From: an uncultured Verrucomicrobiae bacterium | Lineage (GTDB): Bacteria; Verrucomicrobiota; Verrucomicrobiia; Chthoniobacterales; UBA10450 | DNA length: 64,000 nt | Direction of reading: 5' to 3' | Assembly (NCBI GenBank): GCA_963726745.1 | Contig: CAVSDR010000006.1 | Span: 512,001-576,000, forward strand | Shown: positions 10,306-21,743 of the stretch, piece after piece | How positions within the stretch are numbered: position 1 is the first letter of the stretch | How the letters are laid out: every line of letters begins with the position of its first letter | Made by a program: the position numbers and the translations under genes | Notes under the pieces: generated by a model | Told to the model about the DNA's origin: nothing | The model's database searches: none | The model's input: only the letters and a program-made list of their open reading frames with translations

Positions 10306-11403
10306 TTAAAAAGCGGCCTCGAAGGGCAGCCCGTGCGCTTCGCCCACCGCCTGCAGAGTCAACCGCCCATCGCGCGTGTTGATCCCGCCGAGTAACGTCG
10401 GCTGGCGCTTGACCGCGCCTTCCAATCCCAGATCGGCGAGCAACTCCACGTAGCGCGCGGTGCTGTTGCTCAAGGCCTGGGTCGAGGTGCGCGCGTAGGC
10501 GCCGGGCATGTTCGCCACGCAATAATGCGTCACGCCTTCCTCCACGTAGACCGGATCGGTGTGCGTGGTCGCGCGCGAGGTCTCGGCGCAACCGCCCTGG
10601 TCGATCGCAATATCCACGAAGACGCTGCCGGGCCGCATCATCCGCAGCATCTCACGCGTGACCAGCTTCGGCGCCTTCGCCCCGGGCACGAGGACGGCGC
10701 CGATGAGAAGGTCCGTGGTCGGCAGCATGTCGGCTAAATTGGCTTCGTTCGAGTAAAGCGTGTTCACGTTCGGCATCGTTAAATCAAGGAAACGCATCCG
10801 CTCGCCGTCCACTTCGAGGATGGTCACATGCGCCTTTAAACCGAGCGCCATGCGCGCGGCATTCACCCCGGAGGTGCCGCCGCCGATCACGACCACTTTA
10901 CCAGGCAAGACTCCGGGCACACCGCCGAGAAGCACGCCGCTGCCGCCATTGTGCTTCGCCAAATAATATGCCCCCATGACCACCGACATGCGGCCGGCGA
11001 TTTCGCTCATCGGTTCGAGCAGCGGCAATTTGTTGCCCACCTGGATGGTCTCGTAGGCCACGCCCGTGACGCCGGATTTCAAGAGCGCGTCGGTTAAAGA
11101 CTTGCTCGCCGCGAGGTGGAGGTAGGTGAAGAGAATCTGCCCGCGGCGCAGCAGCGAATACTCTGCCGGCAGCGGTTCCTTGACCTTCACGATCATCTCC
11201 GCCTGGCGAAACACCTCCTCGGCGGTCTCGATGATTTTCGCGCCCACCGCGGTGTAATCCTCGTCCGGAAAACCCGAACCGACGCCCGCGCTCTTCTGCA
11301 CGAGCACGGTGTGACCGCGGCGCGTGAGCGTCGAGGCGGTGGCCGGTACGAGACCGACGCGATGTTCCTGCTCCTTAATTTCCTTCGGGACGCCGATGAT
11401 CAT
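10306..11403 (-). CDS. ald: Alanine dehydrogenase
   Basis: MIIGVPKEIK, LFTYLHLAA, PMSEIAGRMS, DIAIDQGGC, HYCVANMPGA. Confidence 0.95.
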   Translation of the reverse strand: MIIGVPKEIKEQEHRVGLVPATASTLTRRGHTVLVQKSAGVGSGFPDEDYTAVGAKIIETAEEVFRQAEMIVKVKEPLPAEYSLLRRGQILFTYLHLAASKSLTDALLKSGVTGVAYETIQVGNKLPLLEPMSEIAGRMSVVMGAYYLAKHNGGSGVLLGGVPGVLPGKVVVIGGGTSGVNAARMALGLKAHVTILEVDGERMRFLDLTMPNVNTLYSNEANLADMLPTTDLLIGAVLVPGAKAPKLVTREMLRMMRPGSVFVDIAIDQGGCAETSRATTHTDPVYVEEGVTHYCVANMPGAYARTSTQALSNSTARYVELLADLGLEGAVKRQPTLLGGINTRDGRLTLQAVGEAHGLPFEAAF

Positions 11404-11436
11404 GCCGTTCCCTTTCGCCTAAGAATTCGCGCGAAG

Positions 11437-11997
11437 CTAGTTCAAAGAGGGATCGTCCGGCGCGGCGGCGAGCATCTTGTACCAAGGCCCGAGGCCGCGC
11501 ATGATCTCGAACCAGAGCTTCGGCAAGTGCGCCGGGTTGAGCGCCGCGCGCGTCGGCTTTTGCAGGATCCACGCGTTCTGTTTCATCTCCGCCTCGAGCT
11601 GGCCCGCGGTCCAGCCGGCATACCCGACAAAGGCACGCACCGCCGTCGGATCGGTCTCGGCAAAACCGTGCGCCTCGGCCGCGTCGACGTTGTGTTTCAG
11701 GCGCAGCCGCCCCGCATCCTCCCACTCGAAAGCGGCAAACATGAGCTGGTTCTTGCCTACCGGTCCGCCCAGGAACACCGGCACTTCCGCGAGCCCTTCG
11801 GGCGCCTCTTCGCTCACCAGATCGCAAACTTGTTTGTCGAGCGGGCGATTCAAAATGACCCCCATGGCGCCGTCCTGCGGGTCGTGAGCCGAGATGAAAA
11901 GGACCGCGCGGCGGAAATTTGGGTCGAGCATGCTCGGGTGCGCCACGAGCAACGAACCTGTGAAGTTCTGCGGTCCTTCCTCCCTCGGATTGCGCAC
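11437..11997 (-). CDS. YqgE/AlgH family protein
   Basis: LLVAHPSMLDPNF, GVILNRP, GGPV, GYAGWTAGQLEAE, DPSLN C-terminus. Confidence 0.9.
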   Translation of the reverse strand: MRNPREEGPQNFTGSLLVAHPSMLDPNFRRAVLFISAHDPQDGAMGVILNRPLDKQVCDLVSEEAPEGLAEVPVFLGGPVGKNQLMFAAFEWEDAGRLRLKHNVDAAEAHGFAETDPTAVRAFVGYAGWTAGQLEAEMKQNAWILQKPTRAALNPAHLPKLWFEIMRGLGPWYKMLAAAPDDPSLN

Positions 11998-12041
11998 GGA
12001 AAAACTAGAATCCCCCGCCGCCTTTTCTGCAAGGAGGAACC

Positions 12042-13091
12042 TCAGCGCCGCCGCACCTGCGCCTCGGCCACGTCAAAGACCGCACCGTCAATCGCGTTCT
12101 CCTGCCAGTCGAGGCTCGTGGCCGTGACCAGCTTCTGCGAGGCCGCCGGGAGCGCCGCAAGCAGGCGGTTCCGCCGGCCGGCATCGAGCTCGCCGAAAAT
12201 GTCGTCTATTAAAAGCAATGGCGGCGCCCCTTCCTCCGCCGCGAAAACCTGCGCCTGCGCCAGCTTCAGCGCGAGGGCCAGCGTCCGTTGCTGCCCCTCG
12301 GAAGCGAATTTCTCTGCCGCCAGACCGTTCACCTCCAGCCGGAGATCGTCGCGGTGCGGCCCCACCACTGTCTGCCGCAGCCGCGCTTCCTGCCCCTGCG
12401 TGCGCGCCAGGTCGGCCGCAAAATCCTCCGCGTTCCCCGGCGCAAAAGTCAGCTGCAACGTCTCCTGCTCCGCGCTGATCCCGGCATGTGCCACCGCGGC
12501 GCCCGGCGCCAGACTGCTCGTTAGGCGCGCGCGCATCCGCGAGAGTTTGTCCCCCTGCTCGAGCAGCGGCAAATCGTAAGCCGCGAGCTCGCGCGGGCGC
12601 GGCGTGGCCGATTTAAGCAGCGCATTGCGCGCCCGCAACGCTCGCTCGTAAGCGCGCAAAGTCGTTCGGTAGCCGGGCTCAATCTGTGTCCCGAGGAAAT
12701 CGAGAAAACGCCGCCGGCCCTCGGCGCCGCCGCGGATCAACTCGATATCGGTATTAGCCAGCGAGACGACCCGCGCGAGCCGCAAGTATTCCCCCGTGCT
12801 CGCCTGCTCCGCTTCGTCGAAGCGCAGCTTCCGGCGCAGCGTGCGGTAGGCAAACTCGAGCGCGTGCCCCTGCCACCGGCCGGCCACCGCGAAGCCCTTG
12901 TGCCCCAGCCTCACCAGTGGCGCGAGCGTTGCGCTCCGCTGCGATTGCAACCGCAAAAGGACGCAAGCCGCTTCCAGGATCGACGTTTTCCCCTGCCCGT
13001 TCCGCCCGATGAAGAAGTTAAAACCGGCCTCGCAGTCGACCCGCAGCGCTTCAAAGCAGCGGAAGTGGCGGAGCTTCAGTTCGGTCAGCAT
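12042..13091 (-). CDS. recF: DNA replication/repair protein RecF
   Basis: GRNGQGKTSILEA Walker A, GPHRDDL, SEGQQR signature, LLIDDIFGELD Walker B. Confidence 0.95.
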   Translation of the reverse strand: MLTELKLRHFRCFEALRVDCEAGFNFFIGRNGQGKTSILEAACVLLRLQSQRSATLAPLVRLGHKGFAVAGRWQGHALEFAYRTLRRKLRFDEAEQASTGEYLRLARVVSLANTDIELIRGGAEGRRRFLDFLGTQIEPGYRTTLRAYERALRARNALLKSATPRPRELAAYDLPLLEQGDKLSRMRARLTSSLAPGAAVAHAGISAEQETLQLTFAPGNAEDFAADLARTQGQEARLRQTVVGPHRDDLRLEVNGLAAEKFASEGQQRTLALALKLAQAQVFAAEEGAPPLLLIDDIFGELDAGRRNRLLAALPAASQKLVTATSLDWQENAIDGAVFDVAEAQVRRR

Positions 13092-13305
13092 ACAGGCAGT
13101 CGTTAGGGCAGTTTATCGCACGGGCGGAAAGATTTATCTTTCTTTCTCATTCTGCGTGCACTCGGCAAAAGTTTGATGCAAAATCATGAAATAGGTTGCG
13201 AGCGCGCAGAACTTCGCGTACTTCGTCCGCAGTTTTGGAAGATTGTTCTGGGGGGAACAGCCGCCCTTCATGTCCTTTGGACGTGGGGGGCGGTACTTTT
13301 TTGCC

Positions 13306-13989
13306 ATGAAACAGCCATCGCCGCCGCGCCGTCGCTTCTCCTGGGCACTCGCGTTCACGCTCGTCTTTCTCTTCGTGGCGGTGCTCCTCGCCTGGCTCTT
13401 TTGGCGCGTGGAAACCTGGCCGATGCGCTTCTTCGGCCAAACGAGTGTTGAACTCGAGCGAGTTGCGAATCACGTCGCCACCACTTTCGCCGGGCTGGCG
13501 CAATTGCAGCCGCGAGTCACGATCAACAACCGCGTTTACCTCGAGCAAACCAGCGCCGTGGCCGAGCTCGCGCTGGTTGCGCGCAAAGTCGAGGTCGAGC
13601 GCGAGTTTGAGCACACTTGGGCCGGGAGCACCAAGCGGGTGAAATTACACGGCACTTTCAACGTCAAGGCGGGCTTCGACTTGCGCGAGCCGGTCTCGGT
13701 CGATGTGCGCGAGAAGGCGATCGCCGTCCAGATGCCGCCGGCTAAACTTCTCGGGCTCGAGCAGGAGAACGTGGAGGTCCGCACGATGGAGAACGGCCTC
13801 TGGAATCGCGTCTCCGCCGCCGATCTCGAGGGCGAACTCAAACAGCTCCCGCGGCTGGCGCGCGAGAAAGCCGAGGCCGCCGGCCTAACGAGCGAAGCGG
13901 AGGCCAGCCTCCGCCGGCAATTGCAGGAACGTCTCGGCAGCGAGCGCCCGCTTGAGCTGACCTTTCAGGCGGCCACGCGGAAAGATTAG
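13306..13989 (+). CDS. Membrane-anchored DUF4230-like protein
   Basis: Single N-terminal TM helix; VKAGFDL...IAVQMPPAKLL pattern. Confidence 0.7.
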   Translation: MKQPSPPRRRFSWALAFTLVFLFVAVLLAWLFWRVETWPMRFFGQTSVELERVANHVATTFAGLAQLQPRVTINNRVYLEQTSAVAELALVARKVEVEREFEHTWAGSTKRVKLHGTFNVKAGFDLREPVSVDVREKAIAVQMPPAKLLGLEQENVEVRTMENGLWNRVSAADLEGELKQLPRLAREKAEAAGLTSEAEASLRRQLQERLGSERPLELTFQAATRKD

Positions 13990-13998
13990 CCAGCAACT

Positions 13999-16900
13999 TC
14001 AAGCCGCGAGCCACCGCGCCAGGCGCTGGCGCAATTCCATCGTCGCCTGCACCCGCAACTCCGCGCCCGCTTGCAGCCTAACGACTGCTCCATCGGCCCG
14101 CTCGAAGAGCAGCTGGACCGCGGTCGACCCGGGCGAGCCGGCCAGGATATCGCGCACGCTTTGCAGATCCGCCGGCGTGGCCGCGGGCGTGAAGCGCAGG
14201 ATCAACGGGGCCGGGCGCGACCCGGATTTGCTCGGGCGCGGGAGGTTGCTCGCTGTCCGGTTTCAGCGGCCGCGCTTTTTGCGCAGTCGCGCGCATGCTT
14301 TCGTCGCGCTTGTCGAGCGTCCCCTGGATCGCGATCACTTTTCCTGGGACCAGCTGCTCCGCGACCTTCACGTAGACTTCGTTCCAGATCACCACTTCCA
14401 GGTTGCCGGTTAAATCCTCCAGCCAGACGACCGCGAACGGTTTCCCCTCGCGCTTGGTGAATTTTTTGTCGACCTGCGCGAGCGCGCCAGCGACGCGAAA
14501 GGTCGCGCGGTCCTCCATTTCCCCTAACGAGGAGATGGTGTGATAGCCACCTGCGGCAATCGTCCGCGCGTAGGCATCGAGCGGATGGCCGGTGACGTAA
14601 AAGCCGAGCAGCTCCTTCTCGAACGACATCATCTCGTGCTGCGACCAGGGCGGAATCGGGACCGAGGTCGCCTTCGAGACCGGCGTCGGCAAATCATCAA
14701 ACAGCGAGACCTGCCCGCTGGCCCGGTCCTTATGCGAGGAGGACGCCGCCGCGAGCGACTCCTCGATGCAGGCGAAAAGCTCCGCGCGCTCGCGCCCGAC
14801 GAAGTCAAAGGCGCCGGCCTTGACCAGGCTCTCGAGCATTTTGCGATTCGCCACGCGCGCATCGAGTCGCCGGCAAAAATCCTCCAGCGAAGAAAACGCG
14901 CCTCCGCGATTCCGTTCGCCGATGGCCGATTCCATCGCCCCTTCGCCGACGTTCTTGATCGCGGCCAGTCCGAAACGGATCGCCATCTGGTCGGCTGATT
15001 TCTCCGGGATGAACTTGAGCGCGGAGCGGTTCACATCCGGCGGCAAAATCGGGATGCCCATGCGTTTGCACTCGCCCACGAAGATCGAAATTTTCTCGGT
15101 GTTGTTGATCTCGTTCGAGAGCAGCCCGGCCATGAACTCGACCGGGTAGTTCGCCTTCAGGTAGGCCGTCTGATAGCTGATCAACCCGTAAGCCGCGCTG
15201 TGGCTTTTGTTGAAGCCGTAGCCGGCAAACTTCTCCAGCAAATCGAAGATCGCGTTGGCTTTTTTCTCCGGGATTTTGTTCGTGGTCGCGCAGCCTTCGA
15301 TGAAGTTGACCCGCTCCTGGGCCATCTTCTCGCGGTCCTTTTTGCCCATCGCCCGCCGGAGCAAATCGGCGCCGCCTAACGAGTAGCCAGCGAGCTTGCT
15401 GGCCGCGGCCATGACCTGTTCCTGGTAGATCATCACGCCGTAGGTCTCGGCGCAGACTTCCTCGAGCAGCGGGTGCTCATACTTGATCTTGGTCAGCCCT
15501 TTCTTGCGCTTGATGTAATCCGGGATGAGCTCCATCGGGCCCGGCCGGTAGAGCGCGATCAAGGCGATGATGTCCTCGATCTTCTGGACATCGAAATTCT
15601 TGCAGAGGCTGGTCATGCCGCCGGATTCCAACTGGAAGACGCCGACGGTCTCGCCGCGGTTTAGGAGCGCGAAGGTCGCCTGGTCGTCGAAAGGGATTTT
15701 CGCGATCGCGAATTCCGGCTCGCGCTGGCGGATCAAGGTCATCGCGTCCTCGATCACGGTCAGCGTCTTCAGCCCCAGGAAGTCCATCTTGAGCAAGCCG
15801 AGCTCGCCCAGCGGGCCCATGTTGTACTGGCTCACGACTTCGTTGTCCTTGCTCCGGGTGAGCGGGATGTAGTCCGAGAGGTTGCGGTCGCTGATGACCA
15901 CGCCGGCCGCGTGCACCCCGGCGCCGCGCGAAAGGCCCTCGAGCACGGTCGCGTAATCCCAGAGCTGGCGGACCGAGGGCTCGCTCTCGATCGCTCGCTT
16001 CAGATCGGGCGTTTTCTCCGCGGCACTAGCCAGCGAGATGTTGAGCTCGTTCGGGATCATCTTCGCGATCCGGTCGGCCTCGCCATAGCTCAAGCCGATC
16101 ACGCGCCCGACATCGCGGACCACGCTCTTCGCGCCCAGCGTTCCGAAAGTCACGATCTGCGCGACCGCGCGCTCGCCGTATTTCCGGCGCACGTATTCGA
16201 TCACCTCGCCGCGGCGCGTCTGGCAAAAATCGACGTCGATATCGGGCGGCGAAACGCGCTCCGGATTGAGGAAGCGCTCGAACAGGAGATTGAACTGCAA
16301 CGGGTCGACATCGGTGATCCCGAGCACGTAGGCGACCATCGAGCCGGCGGCCGAACCACGCCCTGGACCCACCGGGATGCCGCGCTGTTTCGCGTAGTGG
16401 ATGAAATCCCAGACGATCAGGAAGTAGCTCACGAACCCGGTCCGCTCGAGCACATCGAGCTCGTAATCGAGCCGCGTGATCAGCTCGGTGCCGACGCGTT
16501 CGCCGTAGCGTTGATGCAGGCCTTGGTAGCAAAGCTCGCGCAAGTAGGCCTCGCGCGATTTCCCCTCCGGCACCGGGTATTCGGGATACTTCGACTTGCC
16601 GAACTCGAGCTCGAGATTGCAGCGTTCCGCGATCTCGAGCGTGTTCGTGATCGCCTCCGGGTGCTCGGGAAAGAGCGCCCGCATCTCGTCGGCTGATTTG
16701 AAATAAAGTTCCGGGGTGTAACGCATCCGGCGCTCGTCGTGCACCATTTTCCCGGTGCCGATGCAGATCATGACATCGTGCGCGTCGTGATGGCTCCGTT
16801 CGAGGAAATGCACGTCGTTCGCCGCGACCAACCCGAAGCCAAATTCCTTTGCCAGCGTCGGGAGCACGCGGTTGCACTTTGCCTGCGCCTCGATCCCGTG

Positions 16901-17437
16901 ATCGTGCAGCTCAAGGAAGAAATTCTCCCGGCCGAGAATGTCGCGAAACTCCGCCGCGCTCTGCCGGGCCTTGGCCAGATTATCCGACTGGATGGCCATG
17001 TTGATCTCGCCCTTCAGGCAGGCGCTCATCCCGATCAGCCCCTCGGAGTATTGCGCGAGCAGTTCCTTGTCGATCCGCGGGCGGTAATGCATCCCGTCGA
17101 GGTGCGCGTGCGAGATCAGCTTGACCAGGTTCCGATATCCCTGCGCGTCCTTCGCCAGGAGGGTGAAATGATAGGCCGCGTCGCGCATGTTGCTCGGGCG
17201 ATCCTTGATCGAGCCCGGCGCCATGTAGGCCTCGCAGCCGATGATCGGCTTGATCCCCGCCTTGGTCGCTTCCTGGTAGAATTCGATCGCGCCGTAGAGA
17301 TTCCCGTGGTCCGTGATTGCGACCGCCGGCATCCCGAATTCCTTCGCCTTTTTCATCAGCTCCTTCATCCGAATGGCGCCGTCCAGGAGCGAGTATTCGG
17401 TGTGCAGGTGGAGGTGAACGAAGGAGTCGCTGGGCAT
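13999..17437 (-). CDS. dnaE: DNA polymerase III alpha subunit (apparent frameshift about 14205 separates the C-terminal ~68 aa)
   Basis: FVHLHLHTEYSLLDG PHP domain, GRGSAAGS, PDIDVDF, YGFNKSHS, OB fold; C-terminus continues in ORF 13999..14205. Confidence 0.96.
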
Positions 17438-17445
17438 CGGGCGTC

Positions 17446-17451
17446 AGTATA
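17446..17451 (-). promoter_or_regulatory. Possible -10 hexamer (TATACT) for a leaderless or short-leader dnaE transcript
   Basis: TATACT lies 8 nt upstream of the dnaE ATG; no Shine-Dalgarno visible. Confidence 0.35.
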
Positions 17452-17555
17452 AACCGCGAGCTTTTGGCGGCAACATGCGCGCGCGGCGAAATGGGGGTTG
17501 CGCCACCGCCTAGCCGTTGATAAGACAGCGCGTGCCGCGGTCGCTTTTCCGATAA

Positions 17556-17924
<369 letters not shown>

Positions 17925-18007
17925 TTAGACAACCACTTCAGTCGTAGAAGCGTTGAATCGAGGGACCCTCGTTTCAGCGCTTCGCTGTTTCCAACCCACG
18001 CACTTCT

Positions 18008-19433
18008 ATGGCCCACGAAATTAAATCCCCCTCCGATGTTTCGAAGTTGATCAAGGACCGCGAGGTCAAGTTGATCGACTTCAAGTTCACCGACCTGCCG
18101 GGGAGCTGGCAGCATTTCACGACCACGCTCACGGAATACAACGAGGAGATCTTCAGCGAAGGCCTCGGCTTTGATGGCTCCTCGATCCGCGGCTGGCGCG
18201 CGATCAATGCCAGCGACATGCTCGTGATCCCCGATCCGTCGACGGCCTGGATCGATCCCTTCAACGCCGAGCCGACGCTCTCGCTCATCTGCACGATCGT
18301 CGACCCGATCACGCGCGAGCCCTACGACCGCGACCCGCGCGGTGTGGCCGAAAAGGCCGAGGCGTATTTGCAATCCACCGGCATCGCCGATGTCGCCTCC
18401 TTCGGGCCGGAGGCGGAGTTTTTCATCTTCGACGAAGTGCGATTCAACTACACGAACAACTCCTCGTTCCACCTGGTCGACAGCGTCGAAGGTCACTGGA
18501 ATAGCGGGAAAGAAGAGTTCCCGAATTTAGGCTACAAGATCCGCGCGAAGGAGGGTTATTTCCCGGTCTCGCCCGCGGATACCCAGCAGGACATTCGCAA
18601 CGAGATGTGCCTCGAGCTCGAGAAAGCCGGCATCCCGATCGAGCGCCAGCACCACGAAGTCGCCACCGCCGGCCAGGCTGAGATCGACATCCGTTTCGCC
18701 CCGATGAAGCAGATGGGCGACTGGATGCAGGTACTACAAATACATCATCCGAAACGTGGCCAAGCGGCACGGCAAAACCGTCACCTTCATGCCCAAGCCA
18801 CTCTTCGGCGACAACGGCTCGGGGATGCACACGCACATGTCGCTCTGGAAAGAGGGCCAGCCGCTTTTTGCCGGCAACGGCTACGCCGGACTCTCGGAGA
18901 TGGCGCTCTTTTTCATCGGCGGCATCCTGCGTCACGCGCCCGCGCTTACCTGCATTACCAATCCCACGACGAACAGCTACAAACGCCTCGTCCCCGGTTA
19001 CGAGGCACCGGTAAATCTGGCCTACTCCGCGCGTAATCGCTCCGCCGCGATCCGCATTCCGACTTACTCCTCGAACCCGAAGTCGAAGCGAGTCGAGTTC
19101 CGCACCCCCGATCCGGCGGCCAATCCCTACGTCGCCTTCGCCGCGCTCCTGCTCGCCGGCCTCGATGGCATCCAGAACCGCATCGACCCGGGCGATCCGC
19201 TGGACAAGAACCTCTACGAGCTGCCGCCGGAAGAACTGGCACAGGTTCCGAGCGTGCCGGACTCGTTAGGCGGAGCCGTGCAGGCGCTGCGCGACGATCA
19301 CCAGTTCCTGCTCAAGGGCGACGTTTTTAACAGCGATTTCATCAGCAACTGGTGCGAGATGAAGCAAAAGGAATACGACACGCTTCGTTTGCGCCCGCAT
19401 CCCTACGAGTTTGCGATGTATTTCGACGTCTAG
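18008..19433 (+). CDS. glnA: Glutamine synthetase type I (apparent frameshift about 18731)
   Basis: [28 protein letters not shown]; then [29 protein letters not shown] adenylylation site. Confidence 0.95.
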
Positions 19434-19487
19434 GCCGTCCGAGGGCACGCTTCCCAAGCGCCCGGCTTTAGCCTACAACCTCAAGAC

Positions 19488-19889
19488 ATGCCTTCGCCTC
19501 GCGCACTCGCTTTCCTCCTCCTGCTCGCCCTGGCCACGCCCGCTTTTGCCGGCGAGTTCCACTTCTTCCGGCCGCGCGATCCGCTCATGCCGCGCGACTC
19601 CTGGGGCGAGTTGCATCGCAGCCCAAACCTGAACGAGACCGACTTCGCACCGAAGGAAAGCTGGCGCCTCTTCTACTACAGCAAGTCGCGCAAGGTGCTG
19701 GCGAACGACGTCTACTACACCGCCCGCCTGCAGGAGGCGCTCCAGCGCAATGGCTACTTCTGCGGCGCGATCGATGGCATCTACAGCACCGATGTGAGCG
19801 AGGCGATCGCGCGCCTGCAAAAAAATTACAATATGAAAGTCACCGGCACCCTGACCGTGCCCGTGCGCCGCGCACTCTTCCTGCCCTGA
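19488..19889 (+). CDS. Secreted peptidoglycan-binding-domain protein
   Basis: Signal peptide; LQEALQRNGYFCGAIDGIYS...AIARLQ...VTG PG_binding_1 pattern. Confidence 0.8.
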   Translation: MPSPRALAFLLLLALATPAFAGEFHFFRPRDPLMPRDSWGELHRSPNLNETDFAPKESWRLFYYSKSRKVLANDVYYTARLQEALQRNGYFCGAIDGIYSTDVSEAIARLQKNYNMKVTGTLTVPVRRALFLP

Positions 19890-19943
19890 GCTGCGGCCGG
19901 TTAAAAGCCTTGCATCTTGCCCTCGCAGCCTGACTCTTGACCC

Positions 19944-20261
19944 ATGAGCACGCTCGCTTTCATGAACCTCGGCGGCCAGGAGTTGATTCTCATCCTTCTG
20001 ATCGTGCTGGTTCTTTTTGGCTCCAAGAAATTGCCCGAGCTGGCGCGCGGCATGGGCCAGGCAATCAAGGAATTTTCCAAGGCCAAGGACGAGTTTAGCG
20101 ACGAGTTGCACAAGGCCGGGAAAGATGACGTGGCCAAGGGGCCGGAAGTCCGGCCGGCACCCGCGGCGCTGCCGCGAATCGGCGATGCCAACGCGACCGC
20201 GATCGATCCCACGCGCGATCCCGCGCAGGCGCCGGTGACCGATCGTCCCGGGCAATCCTAG
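19944..20261 (+). CDS. tatA: Twin-arginine translocase TatA/E subunit
   Basis: [32 protein letters not shown]. Confidence 0.92.
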   Translation: MSTLAFMNLGGQELILILLIVLVLFGSKKLPELARGMGQAIKEFSKAKDEFSDELHKAGKDDVAKGPEVRPAPAALPRIGDANATAIDPTRDPAQAPVTDRPGQS

Positions 20262-20334
20262 CAGCCCGCGCCGCCGGTTGACGCACGCCGCCGCTTACGA
20301 CACCTTGCGCGCTTCCGCGCCCGCTATTCCCATC

Positions 20335-20610
20335 ATGCCTGAGCCCGATCTCCGCCGCCAAATCAAGGACATGCTTGTGAAGAATCTCATGCTCCAGGTG
20401 ACCGCGGAGGAAATAACCGACGAGATGCCGCTCTTCGGCCCCGGCGGCCTCGGGCTGGATTCGATCGACGCCCTCGAGCTCGTCGTGAGCATGGAGAAAA
20501 CTTTCGGCGTCGGCGTGCCCAATTCCGAAGTCGCCGGCAAAGCGCTCCAGAATGTGAACACGATCCACGATTACATCGTGGAGAAACAGCAGACGCCGGC
20601 GCAGGCCTGA
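20335..20610 (+). CDS. Acyl carrier protein
   Basis: GLGLDSIDALELV phosphopantetheine site; acidic, about 91 aa. Confidence 0.88.
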   Translation: MPEPDLRRQIKDMLVKNLMLQVTAEEITDEMPLFGPGGLGLDSIDALELVVSMEKTFGVGVPNSEVAGKALQNVNTIHDYIVEKQQTPAQA

Positions 20611-20623
20611 GCGTTTCCGCTCG

Positions 20624-21700
20624 TTAGTCCGCGCGCTCCGCGAGGTTGATCGCATCGATCAACTGCCGGAAACGCGCGAAGCTCCGCCGGTGTGGGGCCA
20701 CGATCAGGCGCGGCAAATCCCAGATCGCCGGCTCATTTTTCTCCTGCCGCAACGCCGTGCCCTGGGCGATCTCGCCCGTGCGGATGATGTCGGCAAAATC
20801 GCGATTTAACTGCGCCACCGCCGCCGGTGTGAGCTGGTGCAACATCCGCAAAACCATCTGGTCGCCCACCCAGCGGGCCGATTGATAGTTGGTGTAGAAT
20901 TCCACGATCTCCGCGACCGCTTCCTCCGCGCTGTGCACGATCTTGAAGAAGTGGAAATCCTCCTCGCTGATCAGTCCCAGCTTCAACAAGTGGTCGGTTA
21001 AAAATTTCATCCACGTTTCCCAGTAGTGGCCGTTCGGCTCGTCGATCATGACCACGGGGATGATCCGCGCCTTGCCCGTCTGCATGAGCGTGAGCACCTC
21101 GAAGCCCTCGTCCATCGTCCCGAAGCCGCCGGGGAAAAGCGCGAGCGCGTGCGTTTCCTTCACGAAGTTGAGCTTGCGGGTGAAGAAGTAATTGAAGTTC
21201 ACCAGCTTCGAGTCGCCGTGAATGGTCTCGTTCGCGCGCTGCTCGAAGGGCAGGCGGATGTTCAACCCGAAGCTGTGCTCGCGCCCCGCGCCGCGCTGCG
21301 CCGCGCCCATGATTCCGTCGCCCCCGCCGGTGATGACCATGTAATTCTGCGCCACAATCTGTCGGGCGAATTCCTCCGCCACCTGGTAGTCCGGCGCCGA
21401 GGGGAGCGTGCGCGCGGAACCGAAGACGCAGACCTTCCGGAACTCGCGATAGCCCGCAAACATCTTCGCCGCGTAGCGCATTTCCTTGAGCGAGCGGTTC
21501 ATCAATTTCAGGTCCGCCGTGCCCATCTTGTCGCGCGCCATCTTCAGTGCGGTGATGATCATTTCCTCGACCAGCTCCGGGGATTTTGGCGCCCCCCAGT
21601 CGGCCACCAGTTGATGAATGCGTTCGTCCCATTCCGCGCCTAACGAGGACTGCCGGCGGGTGGGTTGGTCGTGCGTGATGCCTGTAGCGAAGTCGTCCAC
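20624..21700 (-). CDS. LOG family nucleotide monophosphate nucleosidase (long form)
   Basis: VFGSAR, TGGGDGIMGA, LPFEQ, FFTRK, PGGFGTMDE. Confidence 0.88.
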   Translation of the reverse strand: MDDFATGITHDQPTRRQSSLGAEWDERIHQLVADWGAPKSPELVEEMIITALKMARDKMGTADLKLMNRSLKEMRYAAKMFAGYREFRKVCVFGSARTLPSAPDYQVAEEFARQIVAQNYMVITGGGDGIMGAAQRGAGREHSFGLNIRLPFEQRANETIHGDSKLVNFNYFFTRKLNFVKETHALALFPGGFGTMDEGFEVLTLMQTGKARIIPVVMIDEPNGHYWETWMKFLTDHLLKLGLISEEDFHFFKIVHSAEEAVAEIVEFYTNYQSARWVGDQMVLRMLHQLTPAAVAQLNRDFADIIRTGEIAQGTALRQEKNEPAIWDLPRLIVAPHRRSFARFRQLIDAINLAERAD

Positions 21701-21743
21701 GGCGCGGATTTTCCGTGAGAAGCGCGTCCGCGCACAGCAAAAT

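Noticed and set aside
13999..14230. Programmed frameshift producing two DnaE forms
   Set aside because: No slippery heptamer seen, and similar indels hit many unrelated genes, so sequencing error is the simpler explanation.
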